Shown: positions 37,242 to 47,527 of the stretch, one piece after another
Layout of the letters: every line of letters begins with the position of its first letter
Numbering within the stretch: position 1 is the stretch's first letter
From: Betaproteobacteria bacterium
GTDB lineage: Bacteria > Pseudomonadota > Gammaproteobacteria > Burkholderiales > SG8-39
Assembly: GCA_022340285.1 (NCBI GenBank)
Contig: JAJDOG010000094.1
Span: forward strand, 33,046 to 97,045
Direction: 5' to 3'
DNA: 64,000 bases
Translations under genes and position numbers: made by a program
The notes under the pieces: generated by a model
Told to the model about the DNA's origin: nothing
Databases searched by the model: none
Seen by the model: the letters and a program-made list of their open reading frames with translations, nothing else

Positions 37242-40200
37242 TTACTCGTCCCCGGCGAGAAGTGCGGCATTGCCCCCGATCGCGGCGGTGTTGACGGTGA
37301 GGGTGCGCTCGAGCGCGAAGCGAAGGAGATAGTTGGGCCCGCCGGCCTTGAAGCCCGTACCGGATAGGCCCTCGCCGCCGAAGGGTTGCACGCCGACCAC
37401 CGCGCCGATCATGCTGCGGTTCACGTAGGTGTTGCCCGCATGCAGCGTTCGCATTACCTCGCCGACGAAACCGTCGATGCGGCTCGCGATACCGAGCGTG
37501 AGTCCGTAACCCGGCGCGGCGAGGCGCTGAAGGAGCTGCGGCAGATCGACCCGTGCGTAGCGGACGATGTGCAGGATCGGCCCGAACACTTCGCGGTCGG
37601 GAAGGCCATCCCAGTCCACCTCGTAGGCAACCGGGGCAAAATAATGGCCGCGCGGCAGACCGGACGGGCGCGGCGCGGCGCCTACGAGCTTCGCGCGCGG
37701 GGCGAGGCGGTCGCAATGACCCTGCAGCGCTGCAAGCGCATCGGCGTCGATGACCGGGCCGACGTCCGTGCCTTGATGCGCCGGATCGCCGAGCCTTAGA
37801 CATCTCATTGCACCGGACAGCATCTCGATGACGCGGTCGGCGCTGTCCTCCTGAAGCGCGAGGATACGCAGCGCCGAGCAGCGCTGGCCCGCGCTGCGGA
37901 ACGCCGACGTGATCACGTCGCCGACGACCTGCTCCGTGAGCGCGGTGGAGTCGACGATCATCGCGTTGAGGCCACCGGTCTCGGCAATGAACGGCACGAT
38001 CGCCCCGTCGCGCGCGGCAAGCGAACGGTTGATGTGCTGCGCCGTCTCGACCGAGCCGGTGAACGCCACGCCAGCGATGCGCGGATCGGCGACGAGCGGC
38101 GCGCCGACCGCCTCGCCCGTGCCGATCGCGAGCGATAGTGCATCGGCCGGCACGCCCGCTTCGTGCAGCATCGCCACCATGCGCCGCGCGACGAGCGGCG
38201 TCTGCTCGGCGGGTTTGGCGACGACCGTGTTGCCGGCGGCGAGCGCTGCGACGACCTGACCGGTAAAGATCGCCAGCGGGAAATTCCACGGGCTGATGCA
38301 CGCGAAGACGCCGCGTCCGTGGAGCGTGAGGCGGTTTGATTCGCCGGTCGGCCCGGGCAGCGCCTGCGTCGCGAAGCGATGGCGCGCTTCGGTCGCGTAG
38401 TACCGACAGAAGTCGATCGCCTCGCGCACTTCGGCAACGCCGTCGTCCCAGGTCTTGCCGCCTTCGCGGGCGAGGAGCGAGACGAATCCGAGCTGCGTCG
38501 CCTCGAGCGTATCGGCGGCCTGCTTGAGCATGCGTGCGCGATCATCGACGCTGCGCTGCGTCCAAGCGGGAAACGCCGCGTGCGCACGCGCGATGGCCTC
38601 GTCGAGCGCCGTGGAGGTCGTGGCCGTGATGCTTCCCAGGGGCTGGTCGAGGTTGCCGGGCTCTACGCGTTGCGGTGCGGAATCTCGCGCGCTGCGCACG
38701 CGGTTGCGGTCCATCTCGATCCCGCGCGCAATGGCGTCCAGCGCCGTCTGATCGGCGAGATCGACGCCGTCCGAATTGCGGCGATCGGGGAAGAGGTTCG
38801 CGGGAAGCGGAACGCGCGGATTGGTCGAGTAGGGAAGGGGCAGCTTCGCGACCGGGTTGCTCACGAGACGCGAGAGCGGCACGTCCGGATCCGCGATCTG
38901 GTGCACGAACGAGCTGTTCGCGCCGTTCTCGAGCAGGCGGCGCACGAGGTAAGCCAGCAGATCGCGATGGTCGCCGACCGGAGCGTAGATGCGCACGGGC
39001 GCGCGGTCGGGCTCCTCCTGCAACGCCTTGTACAGCGCATCGCCCATTCCCTGCAACTTCTGAAACTCGTAGGCTGGCTCCCGCGCGGCGCGCGCGAGTT
39101 GCCGAATGACTGCTACAGTGTGGCAGTTGTGGGTTGCAAACGCGGGGAAGATCTCGCGTGGCACCGCAAGGAGTCGTTCGGCGCAGACGAGATAGGCAAG
39201 ATCGGTCGCCGCTTTGCGCGTGAAGACCGGGTAATCGGGCAGGCCGAGCGTCTGCGCGCGCTTGATTTCCGAATCCCAGTACGCGCCCTTCACGAGCCGG
39301 ACCGGAATCCTGCGGCCGGTCAGACGCGCGCATTCGATGACCCACTCGCAGAGCTGCGGCGCGCATTTCAGATAGGCTTGGACCACGATTCCGAGCCCGT
39401 TCCAGCCGGCAAGCGCCGGATCTTCGGCGAGCTTCGAAAACAGCTCGAGCTGCAGCGCAAGCCGGTCGGCTTCCTCGGCGTCGACCACCAGCGCGATGCC
39501 GCCTGCTTTTGCGGCGAGCGCCAGGTGGCGCAGGCGCGGCGCAAGCTCGGCGAGCACCCGATCGCGCTGCGCGGGTTCGTATCGCGGATGGAGCGCCGAG
39601 AGCTTGATCGATACGCTCGCACGGACGAAGACGTCGGCCGGGGTGGCGGTGTGCGCCACGGCATCGATGGCTTCCTCGTAGCGGGTCAGGTAGCGCACGG
39701 CGTCGGTCTCCGTGTGCGCGGCCTCGCCGAGCATGTCGTAGGTGAACCGATAGCCGTCGGCCTCGCGGGTGGGCGCGGCTTCGAGCGCGGCTCGCATAGT
39801 CTCGCCGGTCACGAACTGCTCGGCCATGATGCGCATTGCCTGGCGCACGGCGCCGCGCGCGACCGGCTCGCCGAGGCGTCGCACCGCGTTCGAGAGCGTG
39901 GCGCCGAGGCCACCGCCCGGGCTCGAGCGCCAGTCGTAAAGCCGGCCGGTGAGCATGAGGCCCCACGCGGCCGCGTTCATGACCAGGTTATCGCCCGCTT
40001 CGTGCGACGACCAGTCGGTGCCGGAGAGCTTGTCCGCGATGAGGCGATCGACGGTCGCTTCGTCAGGGATCCGGAGGAGAGCCTCCGCAAGGCACATGAG
40101 GGCAACGCCCTCGCGCGTGCTGAGGCCATAGTGTCCGAGAAAGCGCTCTGCGGAGAGCCCGCTCTTGCCCGCGTTGCGAACGGCCGCCGCGAGCCGCAGC

Positions 40201-40346
40201 GCCTCGGTCTCGATCGCCGCGTGCGCCTCGGCGTCGAAGGGCAGCGCGGCACGCAGCCGCTCCACCACCGCCGCTTCGGGCGCGTGCTTGTGTGCGGTCA
40301 CCGCCGCGGTGGCGGTGGCCAGGGACGGAGGAAGCGGGGCGCTCAT
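37242..40346 (-). CDS. putA: bifunctional proline dehydrogenase / L-glutamate-gamma-semialdehyde dehydrogenase
   Basis: About 1034 aa. N-terminal PRODH barrel and C-terminal ALDH (FTGS, EAGGLNAM-type motifs). GGAGG RBS before ATG 40346. No obvious RHH DNA-binding extension. Confidence 0.95.
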   Translation of the reverse strand: MSAPLPPSLATATAAVTAHKHAPEAAVVERLRAALPFDAEAHAAIETEALRLAAAVRNAGKSGLSAERFLGHYGLSTREGVALMCLAEALLRIPDEATVDRLIADKLSGTDWSSHEAGDNLVMNAAAWGLMLTGRLYDWRSSPGGGLGATLSNAVRRLGEPVARGAVRQAMRIMAEQFVTGETMRAALEAAPTREADGYRFTYDMLGEAAHTETDAVRYLTRYEEAIDAVAHTATPADVFVRASVSIKLSALHPRYEPAQRDRVLAELAPRLRHLALAAKAGGIALVVDAEEADRLALQLELFSKLAEDPALAGWNGLGIVVQAYLKCAPQLCEWVIECARLTGRRIPVRLVKGAYWDSEIKRAQTLGLPDYPVFTRKAATDLAYLVCAERLLAVPREIFPAFATHNCHTVAVIRQLARAAREPAYEFQKLQGMGDALYKALQEEPDRAPVRIYAPVGDHRDLLAYLVRRLLENGANSSFVHQIADPDVPLSRLVSNPVAKLPLPYSTNPRVPLPANLFPDRRNSDGVDLADQTALDAIARGIEMDRNRVRSARDSAPQRVEPGNLDQPLGSITATTSTALDEAIARAHAAFPAWTQRSVDDRARMLKQAADTLEATQLGFVSLLAREGGKTWDDGVAEVREAIDFCRYYATEARHRFATQALPGPTGESNRLTLHGRGVFACISPWNFPLAIFTGQVVAALAAGNTVVAKPAEQTPLVARRMVAMLHEAGVPADALSLAIGTGEAVGAPLVADPRIAGVAFTGSVETAQHINRSLAARDGAIVPFIAETGGLNAMIVDSTALTEQVVGDVITSAFRSAGQRCSALRILALQEDSADRVIEMLSGAMRCLRLGDPAHQGTDVGPVIDADALAALQGHCDRLAPRAKLVGAAPRPSGLPRGHYFAPVAYEVDWDGLPDREVFGPILHIVRYARVDLPQLLQRLAAPGYGLTLGIASRIDGFVGEVMRTLHAGNTYVNRSMIGAVVGVQPFGGEGLSGTGFKAGGPNYLLRFALERTLTVNTAAIGGNAALLAGDE

Positions 40347-40548
40347 CGCGAGCCTCCGGGAACAGGGAATTAACCTACCACTTCCCGCTGGATCCTGATC
40401 GGTCTTTGTGCACGCCAGATGCTCTGGCCGGTGGCCCGGCGCGGTCGCCCCGACGAGCGGCCGGTTTCCACGGCGCAGCGGTCGCCGCGTAGAATCGCGT
40501 CTCTTGCGCCGGCCGCATCCGGCGCCTTGCCGCTCCGGGGAGAATGCC

Positions 40549-41040
40549 GTGACCACTGCGATGTACTGGAAGGAAATCACCGTCAACTGGGGCGAGTCCG
40601 ATCCGTTCGGCCTCGTCTATTACCCGCGGATCGTCGCGTGGTTCAACGACACCGAGCACGAGTTCTTCCGCACCATCGGCTTTCCGATCGACCAGATGAT
40701 CAAGGACGACCGCACGACCTTCGTGATGGGTGAAATCCACTTCCGGTTCATCGGGCCGGCTGCCTACGGCGACCGGGTCGCCACTTCCGTGACGCTCTCG
40801 CGCATGGGCGAACGCACGCTCCACTGGAACTGCAAGGCAATCAATGCGGACAGCGGCGCGCTGGTCGCGGAGGGCCGCGCGACGCGGGTCTATGCGCGCA
40901 TCAACGAGGACGGCACGCTGAACTCCGCGGTGATTCCGGATCGCATGCGCAAGGCGCTTTCCGACACCGGGCAGCTCAGCCATCTCAACCAGGATATCGA
41001 GAAGGATCCCGAGTACCGCCATCCGCCGAGCAAGGCCTGA
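40549..41040 (+). CDS. hotdog-fold acyl-CoA thioesterase (4HBT/YbgC-like)
   Basis: WGESDPFGLVYYPRIVAWFNDTEHEFFR matches the 4HBT catalytic-Asp region. Start at GTG 40549 (GGGGAGA RBS) or ATG 40561. Confidence 0.7.
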   Translation: MTTAMYWKEITVNWGESDPFGLVYYPRIVAWFNDTEHEFFRTIGFPIDQMIKDDRTTFVMGEIHFRFIGPAAYGDRVATSVTLSRMGERTLHWNCKAINADSGALVAEGRATRVYARINEDGTLNSAVIPDRMRKALSDTGQLSHLNQDIEKDPEYRHPPSKA

Positions 41041-41061
41041 CGGACGGCGATCGACGTCCGG

Positions 41062-41781
41062 TCAGCGCCCGCCGGCCTGCTCCAGGATCTGCACCATCGA
41101 GGCGTAGCCACGCGCGCGAGCGAGCGCAAGCGGCGTGGCGCCCTGCCGGTCGGGGAGGTTTGGATTTGCCCCCGCCGCGACCAGCGCCTGGAGGGTCGCG
41201 GTGTGCCGCGGGCCGCCATCGCCCAGAACGATCGACTCGATCAGGGCAGTCCAGCCGAGATTGTTGACGTGGTCGAGGGGCGCTCCCGCCCTGATCAGCA
41301 TCGTCACGACTTCGTCATGTCCGAGATGCGCCGCCGCGATCAATGCCGTGCCGTCGTAAGGGCTCGTCACGTTGCGCGCGCTGGCACCGCCCTCGAAGGC
41401 GACCTGGAGCATGCGGGGGTCGTCCGCGACCGAGGCGATGGTGACGACGTCGTAGCGCTGGGCGTCGAGAGCGTTCGGATTGGCGCCGCCGCGCATCAGC
41501 GCCCGGGCCGCGTCGTACTGGCGGGAAAACGCGGCGACATGCAACGGGGTACGGCCATTGCCGTCGCGGGCTTCCCGATCCGCGCCCGCGGCGATCAATC
41601 GAGCGATTTCGGAGACGTCGCCCGTGGCTGCAGCGGCGTGCAGGCCACGGTAAGCCTTGACCTCCGCGCTGGATGGCGGTCTTTGCGCCAGCGCATTTGT
41701 CGCATCGCCGGCGCAGAGCGCCGCGAGCGTGATGCTGACCAGGGCCGCCGCCGAAGAAGAAGAACGGGCTCGGCGCATCAT
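41062..41781 (-). CDS. exported ankyrin-repeat protein
   Basis: Signal peptide, then 4-5 ANK repeats (GRTPLHVAA, GTALIAAAHLGHDEVVTMLIRAGA, GWTALI, GATPLALA). ATGA overlap with the mltF-like stop. Confidence 0.85.
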   Translation of the reverse strand: MMRRARSSSSAAALVSITLAALCAGDATNALAQRPPSSAEVKAYRGLHAAAATGDVSEIARLIAAGADREARDGNGRTPLHVAAFSRQYDAARALMRGGANPNALDAQRYDVVTIASVADDPRMLQVAFEGGASARNVTSPYDGTALIAAAHLGHDEVVTMLIRAGAPLDHVNNLGWTALIESIVLGDGGPRHTATLQALVAAGANPNLPDRQGATPLALARARGYASMVQILEQAGGR

Positions 41782-43250
41782 TTGCCGCCCAGCGCCTTGC
41801 GCGCCGCCTTGCTCTCCGCCCGTTCTTCGAGGATGAGCTTGTACGCGACGTAGTACTTGTAGATGTTGCTCACGTATTGCACCGTCTCGCGGCCGATCTT
41901 TTCAGCGGCCACGCGCTCGACGCTGCCGAACCACTTGTCGGGATCCAGACCGCGTTGCTCGGCTTCCTTGCGGAGCCCCGCCACCCGCGTCGGTCCCGCG
42001 TTGTAGGACGCGAACGCGAAGAGATGGCGGTTGAGCCCGTCCATTTTCGCGTCGGCGAAGTAGGTATCCAGGAGGGTGCGCAAGTACTTTGTTCCGGCAT
42101 GGATGTTCGGCTCGATTTGCTTTACGTTGCCGACCTTCATGGCGGCGCCGGTGGCTGGCATGACCTGCATGACGCCGATCGCGCCGACCGGGCTGCGAAC
42201 GCTCTGATCGAGCCTCGATTCCTGGTAGCCCAGTGCGGCGAGCATCAACCAGTCGAAGTCGTATTGGCCGGCGTACTTCTTGAACAGGCCGAGCGTCCGC
42301 TCGAACTTCTTGAGTTCGGCGTCTGCCGTCGCGCGTGTCACCCACTTGGTGTTCTCGAGATAGCGGCGGTAGAGGATGTTGCCGAACTGAGTGCCCTTGC
42401 GGTGCCGCTTGACGAAGTCGTTGACGACGGCCGCCAGTTTCGGACTTCCCTTGCGGAAAGCCCAGGCGATCTCGCCGCCCTCGCGCACCGCAACGTCGTC
42501 GTGCACCTTGATCGACTTGAGGATTTGCGCCCAGAACTTCGCCTTGTGGCTATCGACGATGACGATGGGAACGAGTCCCGCGTTCACCATCTCGAGCAGG
42601 TCTTCGTCCTCGAGTTGCTCGGGGGCGAGCTTGATCTTCACCCGACGCTTGCCCGCCTTCCGCAGGGCCTTGTTGAGTGTCTGGAGGCTCTCGTAGTAGC
42701 TGCTCGACTTGCGGACCAGGACCTTCTTGCCCGCCAGATCGTCGGTGCTCTTGATCTCGGGCGCGCCGGGCCCGGTCACGACGAGTTCTTTTATGCCGCT
42801 CCAAACCGGCTGGGAGAAAGCAACGACCCTCTGACGCTCGGGCGTGATCGTCAGATTCGCCACGGCGAGATCGCCCCGCCCCTCGATCAGCGCGGGCAGC
42901 AGCTCGTCGCGTGCGACCGGAATGAAGAGGACCTGAACGCGGCGGACCTTCTTGCCGAGCTGCTTGTTCACGTGTTCCTGGAAAGCGTGCAGCGCATCGG
43001 TACTCGTGCCGCGCTGGGTGGCGCCGTCCAGGAAGTAGAACGTCTTGCTGTAGACGACGAGCGCCCGAATCATGTGGCGCCCCACCATGCCGTCGAAGTC
43101 GCCGGTCCACTTGCGCTCGACCCGCTCGAGATCGAGTCCTGTCTTTCCCGGAGCCTGATTCTCGGTGGACCATGCGGAGGCCGCGGCGACCAGGATACCC
43201 CCGACGAAGGCAGCAAGGCGAAAGTTCGCGTGGTGCAGCAAGGGTTTCAC
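41778..43250 (-). CDS. mltF: membrane-bound lytic murein transglycosylase F-like (SBP_bac_3 + SLT domains)
   Basis: N-terminal type-3 solute-binding fold. C-terminal SLT catalytic region (LGYQESRLD, GVMQVMP, YNAGP). Confidence 0.8.
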   Translation of the reverse strand: MKPLLHHANFRLAAFVGGILVAAASAWSTENQAPGKTGLDLERVERKWTGDFDGMVGRHMIRALVVYSKTFYFLDGATQRGTSTDALHAFQEHVNKQLGKKVRRVQVLFIPVARDELLPALIEGRGDLAVANLTITPERQRVVAFSQPVWSGIKELVVTGPGAPEIKSTDDLAGKKVLVRKSSSYYESLQTLNKALRKAGKRRVKIKLAPEQLEDEDLLEMVNAGLVPIVIVDSHKAKFWAQILKSIKVHDDVAVREGGEIAWAFRKGSPKLAAVVNDFVKRHRKGTQFGNILYRRYLENTKWVTRATADAELKKFERTLGLFKKYAGQYDFDWLMLAALGYQESRLDQSVRSPVGAIGVMQVMPATGAAMKVGNVKQIEPNIHAGTKYLRTLLDTYFADAKMDGLNRHLFAFASYNAGPTRVAGLRKEAEQRGLDPDKWFGSVERVAAEKIGRETVQYVSNIYKYYVAYKLILEERAESKAARKALGGK

Positions 43251-43280
43251 GTGGACGGTCCTCCTGGCGACTGAAGGCGT

Positions 43281-44336
43281 TCAGAAGGCGATTACGCCCT
43301 TGCCGGTCGTCTGCGTGTCGAAGAGCCGATAGGCGTCGGCCGCCTCATCGAGCTTGAAGCGGTGCGTGATCAGCTTTCCGAGCGGAATCTTCCGTTCGGC
43401 GATGAAGCGCGCGCATTCCTCCTGGCCGACGCTCGAGAACGTCCACGAGCCGATCAGCGTCACCTGCCGGCGCAGGAGATCGGGACTCACGTCGAGCGAC
43501 ACGCTGCCGCCCTCGCCGACAAAGCACGCGGTGCCCCACGTGCGCACGCTGCGCACCGCGGCCTGCCGCGCGCTCGGCGCGCTGCTGCATTCGATCGCCA
43601 TGTGGACACCCTCGCCGCGGGTGAGGTCCCTTATCGCTGCGACCGGATCCGCTTCATTCGGATTGACGGTCGCGTCCGCCCCGAAATCCTTCGCGAGCGC
43701 GAGCCGCTCGAGCGAGACGTCGAGCGCGATGACGCGCGCACCCATGGCCGCACCGATCAGCGTGGCGCTCAGCCCGACAGGGCCCTGGCCGAACACGGCA
43801 AGCGTGTGATGTCCGCCGAGCCGCATGCGGCGCAGCGCGCCGTACGCCGTGCCGGTGCCGCACGAAACCGCGGCGCCCTCCTCGAACGTGAGCTCGTCGG
43901 GGAGCGGCACCAGCGTGCGCGCGGGCACTTTCAGGAAATGCGCGTGGCCGCCATGCCCGGTGACGCCGTACACGGTGATCCCGCCGCGGCAGAGTTGCGA
44001 CCAGCCGACCCGGCAGTGGGGACAGACGCCGCACCCGGCGTAGTGATGATCCATGACCCGCGCACCCATGGGCGCCATGGCGTCAGGAACGTCCGGTCCA
44101 CGCGCCACGACCACACCGCAGGGTTCGTGCCCGGCGATCACCGGTTCTCCTTTCCCGCCAAGGCCCAGCGACGTCGCCGCCTTCGTGCCCTGGCGCGGCG
44201 CACGGTAGACGTGCAGATCGCTGCCGCACATACCCGAAGCCTTCATTTGAAGCACCACTTCCCCGGGGCCCGGGGTGGGATCGGGAAACTCGCGGATCTC
44301 GAGTTCGCGATCACCCAGGAACACTACGCCGCGCAT
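43281..44336 (-). CDS. zinc-dependent alcohol dehydrogenase (MDR family)
   Basis: GMCGSDLH, GHEPCG, structural-zinc CGVCPHC, GxGxxG NAD site (VFGQGPVG). Confidence 0.85.
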   Translation of the reverse strand: MRGVVFLGDRELEIREFPDPTPGPGEVVLQMKASGMCGSDLHVYRAPRQGTKAATSLGLGGKGEPVIAGHEPCGVVVARGPDVPDAMAPMGARVMDHHYAGCGVCPHCRVGWSQLCRGGITVYGVTGHGGHAHFLKVPARTLVPLPDELTFEEGAAVSCGTGTAYGALRRMRLGGHHTLAVFGQGPVGLSATLIGAAMGARVIALDVSLERLALAKDFGADATVNPNEADPVAAIRDLTRGEGVHMAIECSSAPSARQAAVRSVRTWGTACFVGEGGSVSLDVSPDLLRRQVTLIGSWTFSSVGQEECARFIAERKIPLGKLITHRFKLDEAADAYRLFDTQTTGKGVIAF

Positions 44337-44402
44337 GGGCCGACTCCCGCTGGCAATGACTTGTGAATGGTACCGGGGGCGGCGATCGGCTGCCGGAAGA
44401 CG

Positions 44403-45722
44403 CTACGCCAGCAGTCGCGGGAGGATGAGGGTAATGACCGGAAACACGATGATCAGCACGACACGGATTGCATCCGAAGCGAGGAAGGGCAGCACGCCCT
44501 TGAACGTCTCGATCATCGGGACATCCTTGGCCAGCGAATGGATCACGAACACGTTCAGACCGACCGGCGGCGTGATCAGCCCGACCTCGACGACGATGAG
44601 CGAGATGATCCCGAACCAGAGCTTCAGGTCCTCGCCTTCCAGCCCGAAATCGAGTCCGGCAACGATCGGCCAGAAGATCGGCACGGTGAGGAGGATCATG
44701 GATAGCGAATCCATGATGCAGCCGAGGATCAGGTAGAGCACGATCATCGTCATCAGGATCACCATCGGCGGAAGCCCGGACTCCTGGAACATCTCGGAGG
44801 CGCGGAGCGGCAGCTGCGAGAATCCGAGGAACGCGTTGAAGATCGCGGCGCCGAGCAGGATCAGGAAGATGAACCCGCTCGTCTGCGCGGTGCCGAGAAG
44901 CGCGTCGACGAAACCCTTCCATCGCATGCCACCCTGCGTCACGGCGACGAGGAAGGTGCCCGCCGCGCCGATCCCGGCACCCTCGGTCGGCGTGAAGAAG
45001 CCGACGTAGATGCCGCCCATCACGAGAATGAAAATCAGCAGGACGGGCCAGATCTCGAGCAGCGAGCGGATCCGCTCGCTGCGGCTCGCCCGGGGGCCGG
45101 CTGGGCCCGCATCCGGGACGATGCGCACCACGATCGCGACGGTCAGGATGTAGCCAAGCGCAGCGAGAATTCCCGGGATGAACGCCGCCTGGAAGAGCTG
45201 CACCACGCTTGCCTCGACCATGATGGCGTAGATGATGAGCACGATCGAGGGCGGAATGAGAATGCCGAGCGTACCGCCCGCCGCCAGTGCGCCCGTGGCA
45301 AGCGAGCCGGAATAGCGATAGCGGCGCAGCTCCGGCAGGGCGACCTGGCCCATGGTGGCCGCCGTCGCGAGCGACGAGCCGCTGATCGTGCTGAAGCCGG
45401 CGCATCCGCCGAGCGCGGCCATCGCGATGCCGCCGCGAAAGTGTCCGAGCCACGCGTTGGCGGCGGTGAATAGCGCCTGGGAGAGACCGGCCTTGGCCGC
45501 GAACTGCCCCATGAGAATGAACAGCGGCACGACGGTCAGGCTGATGCTCGAGAACCGCCAGTAGGTTTCCGTCTTGAGGAAGCTCAACAGCGCGGACGGA
45601 CCGGCGATCAACGTGTAGCCGGTCATGCCCACGGCCAGCATCGCGACGCCGATCGGAACGCGTACCGCGAGGAGCAGGAGCAGGACGACGAGTCCCGTGA
45701 GTCCGATCTGCAGATCGCCCAT
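44403..45722 (-). CDS. dctM: TRAP transporter large permease
   Basis: 439-aa polytopic DctM-family protein, adjacent to DctQ and DctP genes. Confidence 0.9.
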   Translation of the reverse strand: MGDLQIGLTGLVVLLLLLAVRVPIGVAMLAVGMTGYTLIAGPSALLSFLKTETYWRFSSISLTVVPLFILMGQFAAKAGLSQALFTAANAWLGHFRGGIAMAALGGCAGFSTISGSSLATAATMGQVALPELRRYRYSGSLATGALAAGGTLGILIPPSIVLIIYAIMVEASVVQLFQAAFIPGILAALGYILTVAIVVRIVPDAGPAGPRASRSERIRSLLEIWPVLLIFILVMGGIYVGFFTPTEGAGIGAAGTFLVAVTQGGMRWKGFVDALLGTAQTSGFIFLILLGAAIFNAFLGFSQLPLRASEMFQESGLPPMVILMTMIVLYLILGCIMDSLSMILLTVPIFWPIVAGLDFGLEGEDLKLWFGIISLIVVEVGLITPPVGLNVFVIHSLAKDVPMIETFKGVLPFLASDAIRVVLIIVFPVITLILPRLLA

Positions 45723-45740
45723 TGGATTTACGCGGTCGGG

Positions 45741-46280
45741 CTAGTCGACGTCGAAGAAACGGTTTGCGCGCGTTTCCGCGATGCTGCGCCAGATCGTGTA
45801 GGCCACGACGACGACCAGGAACATCATCAACAGCACCGAGACGGGAAAGGTCGTCCATCTCGGGAAATTGATGGTCATGGTCCGCTCGGAATAGCGGTAC
45901 ATGTCCAGTCCGCCGAGAATCAGCCGCCAGGTGAGAATCGCGCCGATGACGAGATAGAGCAGCGCGCCGATCGCATCGCAGATCGTCTTTGCACGCGTCG
46001 GCGCACGGACCATGAAGAAGTCCACGATCACGTTGCTGCGCGTGATCTGGCAATAGGGCAGGAAGGCGAAGATCGCGACGCCGGCACCAATCGATACGAG
46101 CTCGAAGTCGCCCGGAATCGGCGTCGAGAAGGCCGCGCGACCGGTCACGCTCACCGCCGTCAGCCAGGCCATCGCGAAGAGAACCACGCCGCCGAAGACG
46201 GCGAGTACCCTCGAGATGTCGAACAGCACCCGACCCACCGGATCGGCGGGTCGGAGTGCCGAGCTCGAAGTTTCAGCCAT
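45741..46280 (-). CDS. dctQ: TRAP transporter small permease
   Basis: Four-TM, about 180-aa protein between dctP and dctM. Confidence 0.8.
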   Translation of the reverse strand: MAETSSSALRPADPVGRVLFDISRVLAVFGGVVLFAMAWLTAVSVTGRAAFSTPIPGDFELVSIGAGVAIFAFLPYCQITRSNVIVDFFMVRAPTRAKTICDAIGALLYLVIGAILTWRLILGGLDMYRYSERTMTINFPRWTTFPVSVLLMMFLVVVVAYTIWRSIAETRANRFFDVD

Positions 46281-46325
46281 TGGAGGCGATTGCCGCGCCG
46301 GCCGCGGGCCGGCGCGGAAAGTACC

Positions 46326-47363
46326 TTACTGCGAGTACTTGTCGATCATCGCACGGGCGTCGGCGACCATCGCTTCGCCGTCCACGCCGATATTCTTCAT
46401 CTCGGCATACCAGCGGTCGAACACGGGCTGGGCCGCTTTCTTCATCTTGTTGACTTCTTCGATGGGGATCGTGTGGAACTTGTTCTTCGGCTTGGAGGCG
46501 ATGACCTTCTTGCCGGGGATCTCGATCGCCGCCCAGTTCTCGCCCGCCCACTTGGCGATGTTGCGGCCCGAGTTGTCGTCGATGACCTTCTTGAGATCCG
46601 GGGGCAGCTTCGCGTAGGTGTCCTTGTTCATGAGAAAGGTGAAGACGTTCGTGCCGAGGCGCGGCTGCGGACCGGCGAGCTCGGAGAAGTTGCTCACGAG
46701 ATCCTGCGTCTTCACGGCCGGCGCGATTTCGTAGGGGAGCGTCACGCCGTCGATCACGCCCTTGGAGAGCGCCGGCGGGATCTCGTTCAGCGGCAATCCG
46801 ACGCCGGTCGCGCCCAACGCCTCGAGCAGCCACACGCCGCCACGCGACGCAGCGCGGATCTTCTTGCCTTTGAGATCCTCCATCTTGAGGATGGGATCTT
46901 TGGTCTGGAAGAGGAATCCGGCGTGAACGTGCAGAAGCAGCGGATGATAGTCCTTCAGATCCGGCCCGAGATACTTGTCCTGATAGTCCTGCAGCGCGAG
47001 CGTCGACGAGAGGGGATCCTTGTGCACGAACGGCAGCTCGAACGGCTCGACGCGCGGCATGCGCCCGGGCGTGAATCCCGGCAGGGTCCAAACGATGTCC
47101 ACCACCCCGTCGCGAACCTGGTCGAGCAGTTGCGGGGCCTTGCCGCCGAGCTGCATGGACCAGTAACCCTGGACCTTCATGCGCCCGTTGGATGCTTTGT
47201 TGACCCGTTCGATCCAGGGGATCAAGAAAGTCTTCGGCGGGTTCGATACGGGTGGAACGAACGTGTGCAGTCTGAGGGTGACTTCCTGGGCGTTGACCGG
47301 CGCGGAAACGGCAATTGCCGCGAGGGCGGCCGCCGCCAGGGCGGTGATACGAATGCGAACCAT
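46326..47363 (-). CDS. dctP: TRAP transporter substrate-binding protein, copy 1
   Basis: AAGGAGGA RBS, signal peptide ...SAPVNAQE, DctP-family fold. Confidence 0.9.
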   Translation of the reverse strand: MVRIRITALAAAALAAIAVSAPVNAQEVTLRLHTFVPPVSNPPKTFLIPWIERVNKASNGRMKVQGYWSMQLGGKAPQLLDQVRDGVVDIVWTLPGFTPGRMPRVEPFELPFVHKDPLSSTLALQDYQDKYLGPDLKDYHPLLLHVHAGFLFQTKDPILKMEDLKGKKIRAASRGGVWLLEALGATGVGLPLNEIPPALSKGVIDGVTLPYEIAPAVKTQDLVSNFSELAGPQPRLGTNVFTFLMNKDTYAKLPPDLKKVIDDNSGRNIAKWAGENWAAIEIPGKKVIASKPKNKFHTIPIEEVNKMKKAAQPVFDRWYAEMKNIGVDGEAMVADARAMIDKYSQ

Positions 47364-47527
47364 CGTGCTTCCTCCTTCTGTGGTCTCTGAGAATGTGACG
47401 CGTCGGCGGGGTCTCACGCCCCGTACCTCGAAGTCGCTCGGTCCGAACGGCTTCGGGCTGCGCTCGGCTGAATCCTAACCCATCTGGCCAGCAGGGCCGA
47501 AAGGGCTCTTGAGGCGGCGATCGCCGC

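Noticed and set aside
35579-40373. 547-aa (+) ORF over the TPR gene; 664-aa (+) and 474/425-aa (-) ORFs over putA
   Set aside because: They are antisense or alternate-frame to genes with clear homology. The 35579..37222 ORF also runs through the intergenic hairpin repeat.
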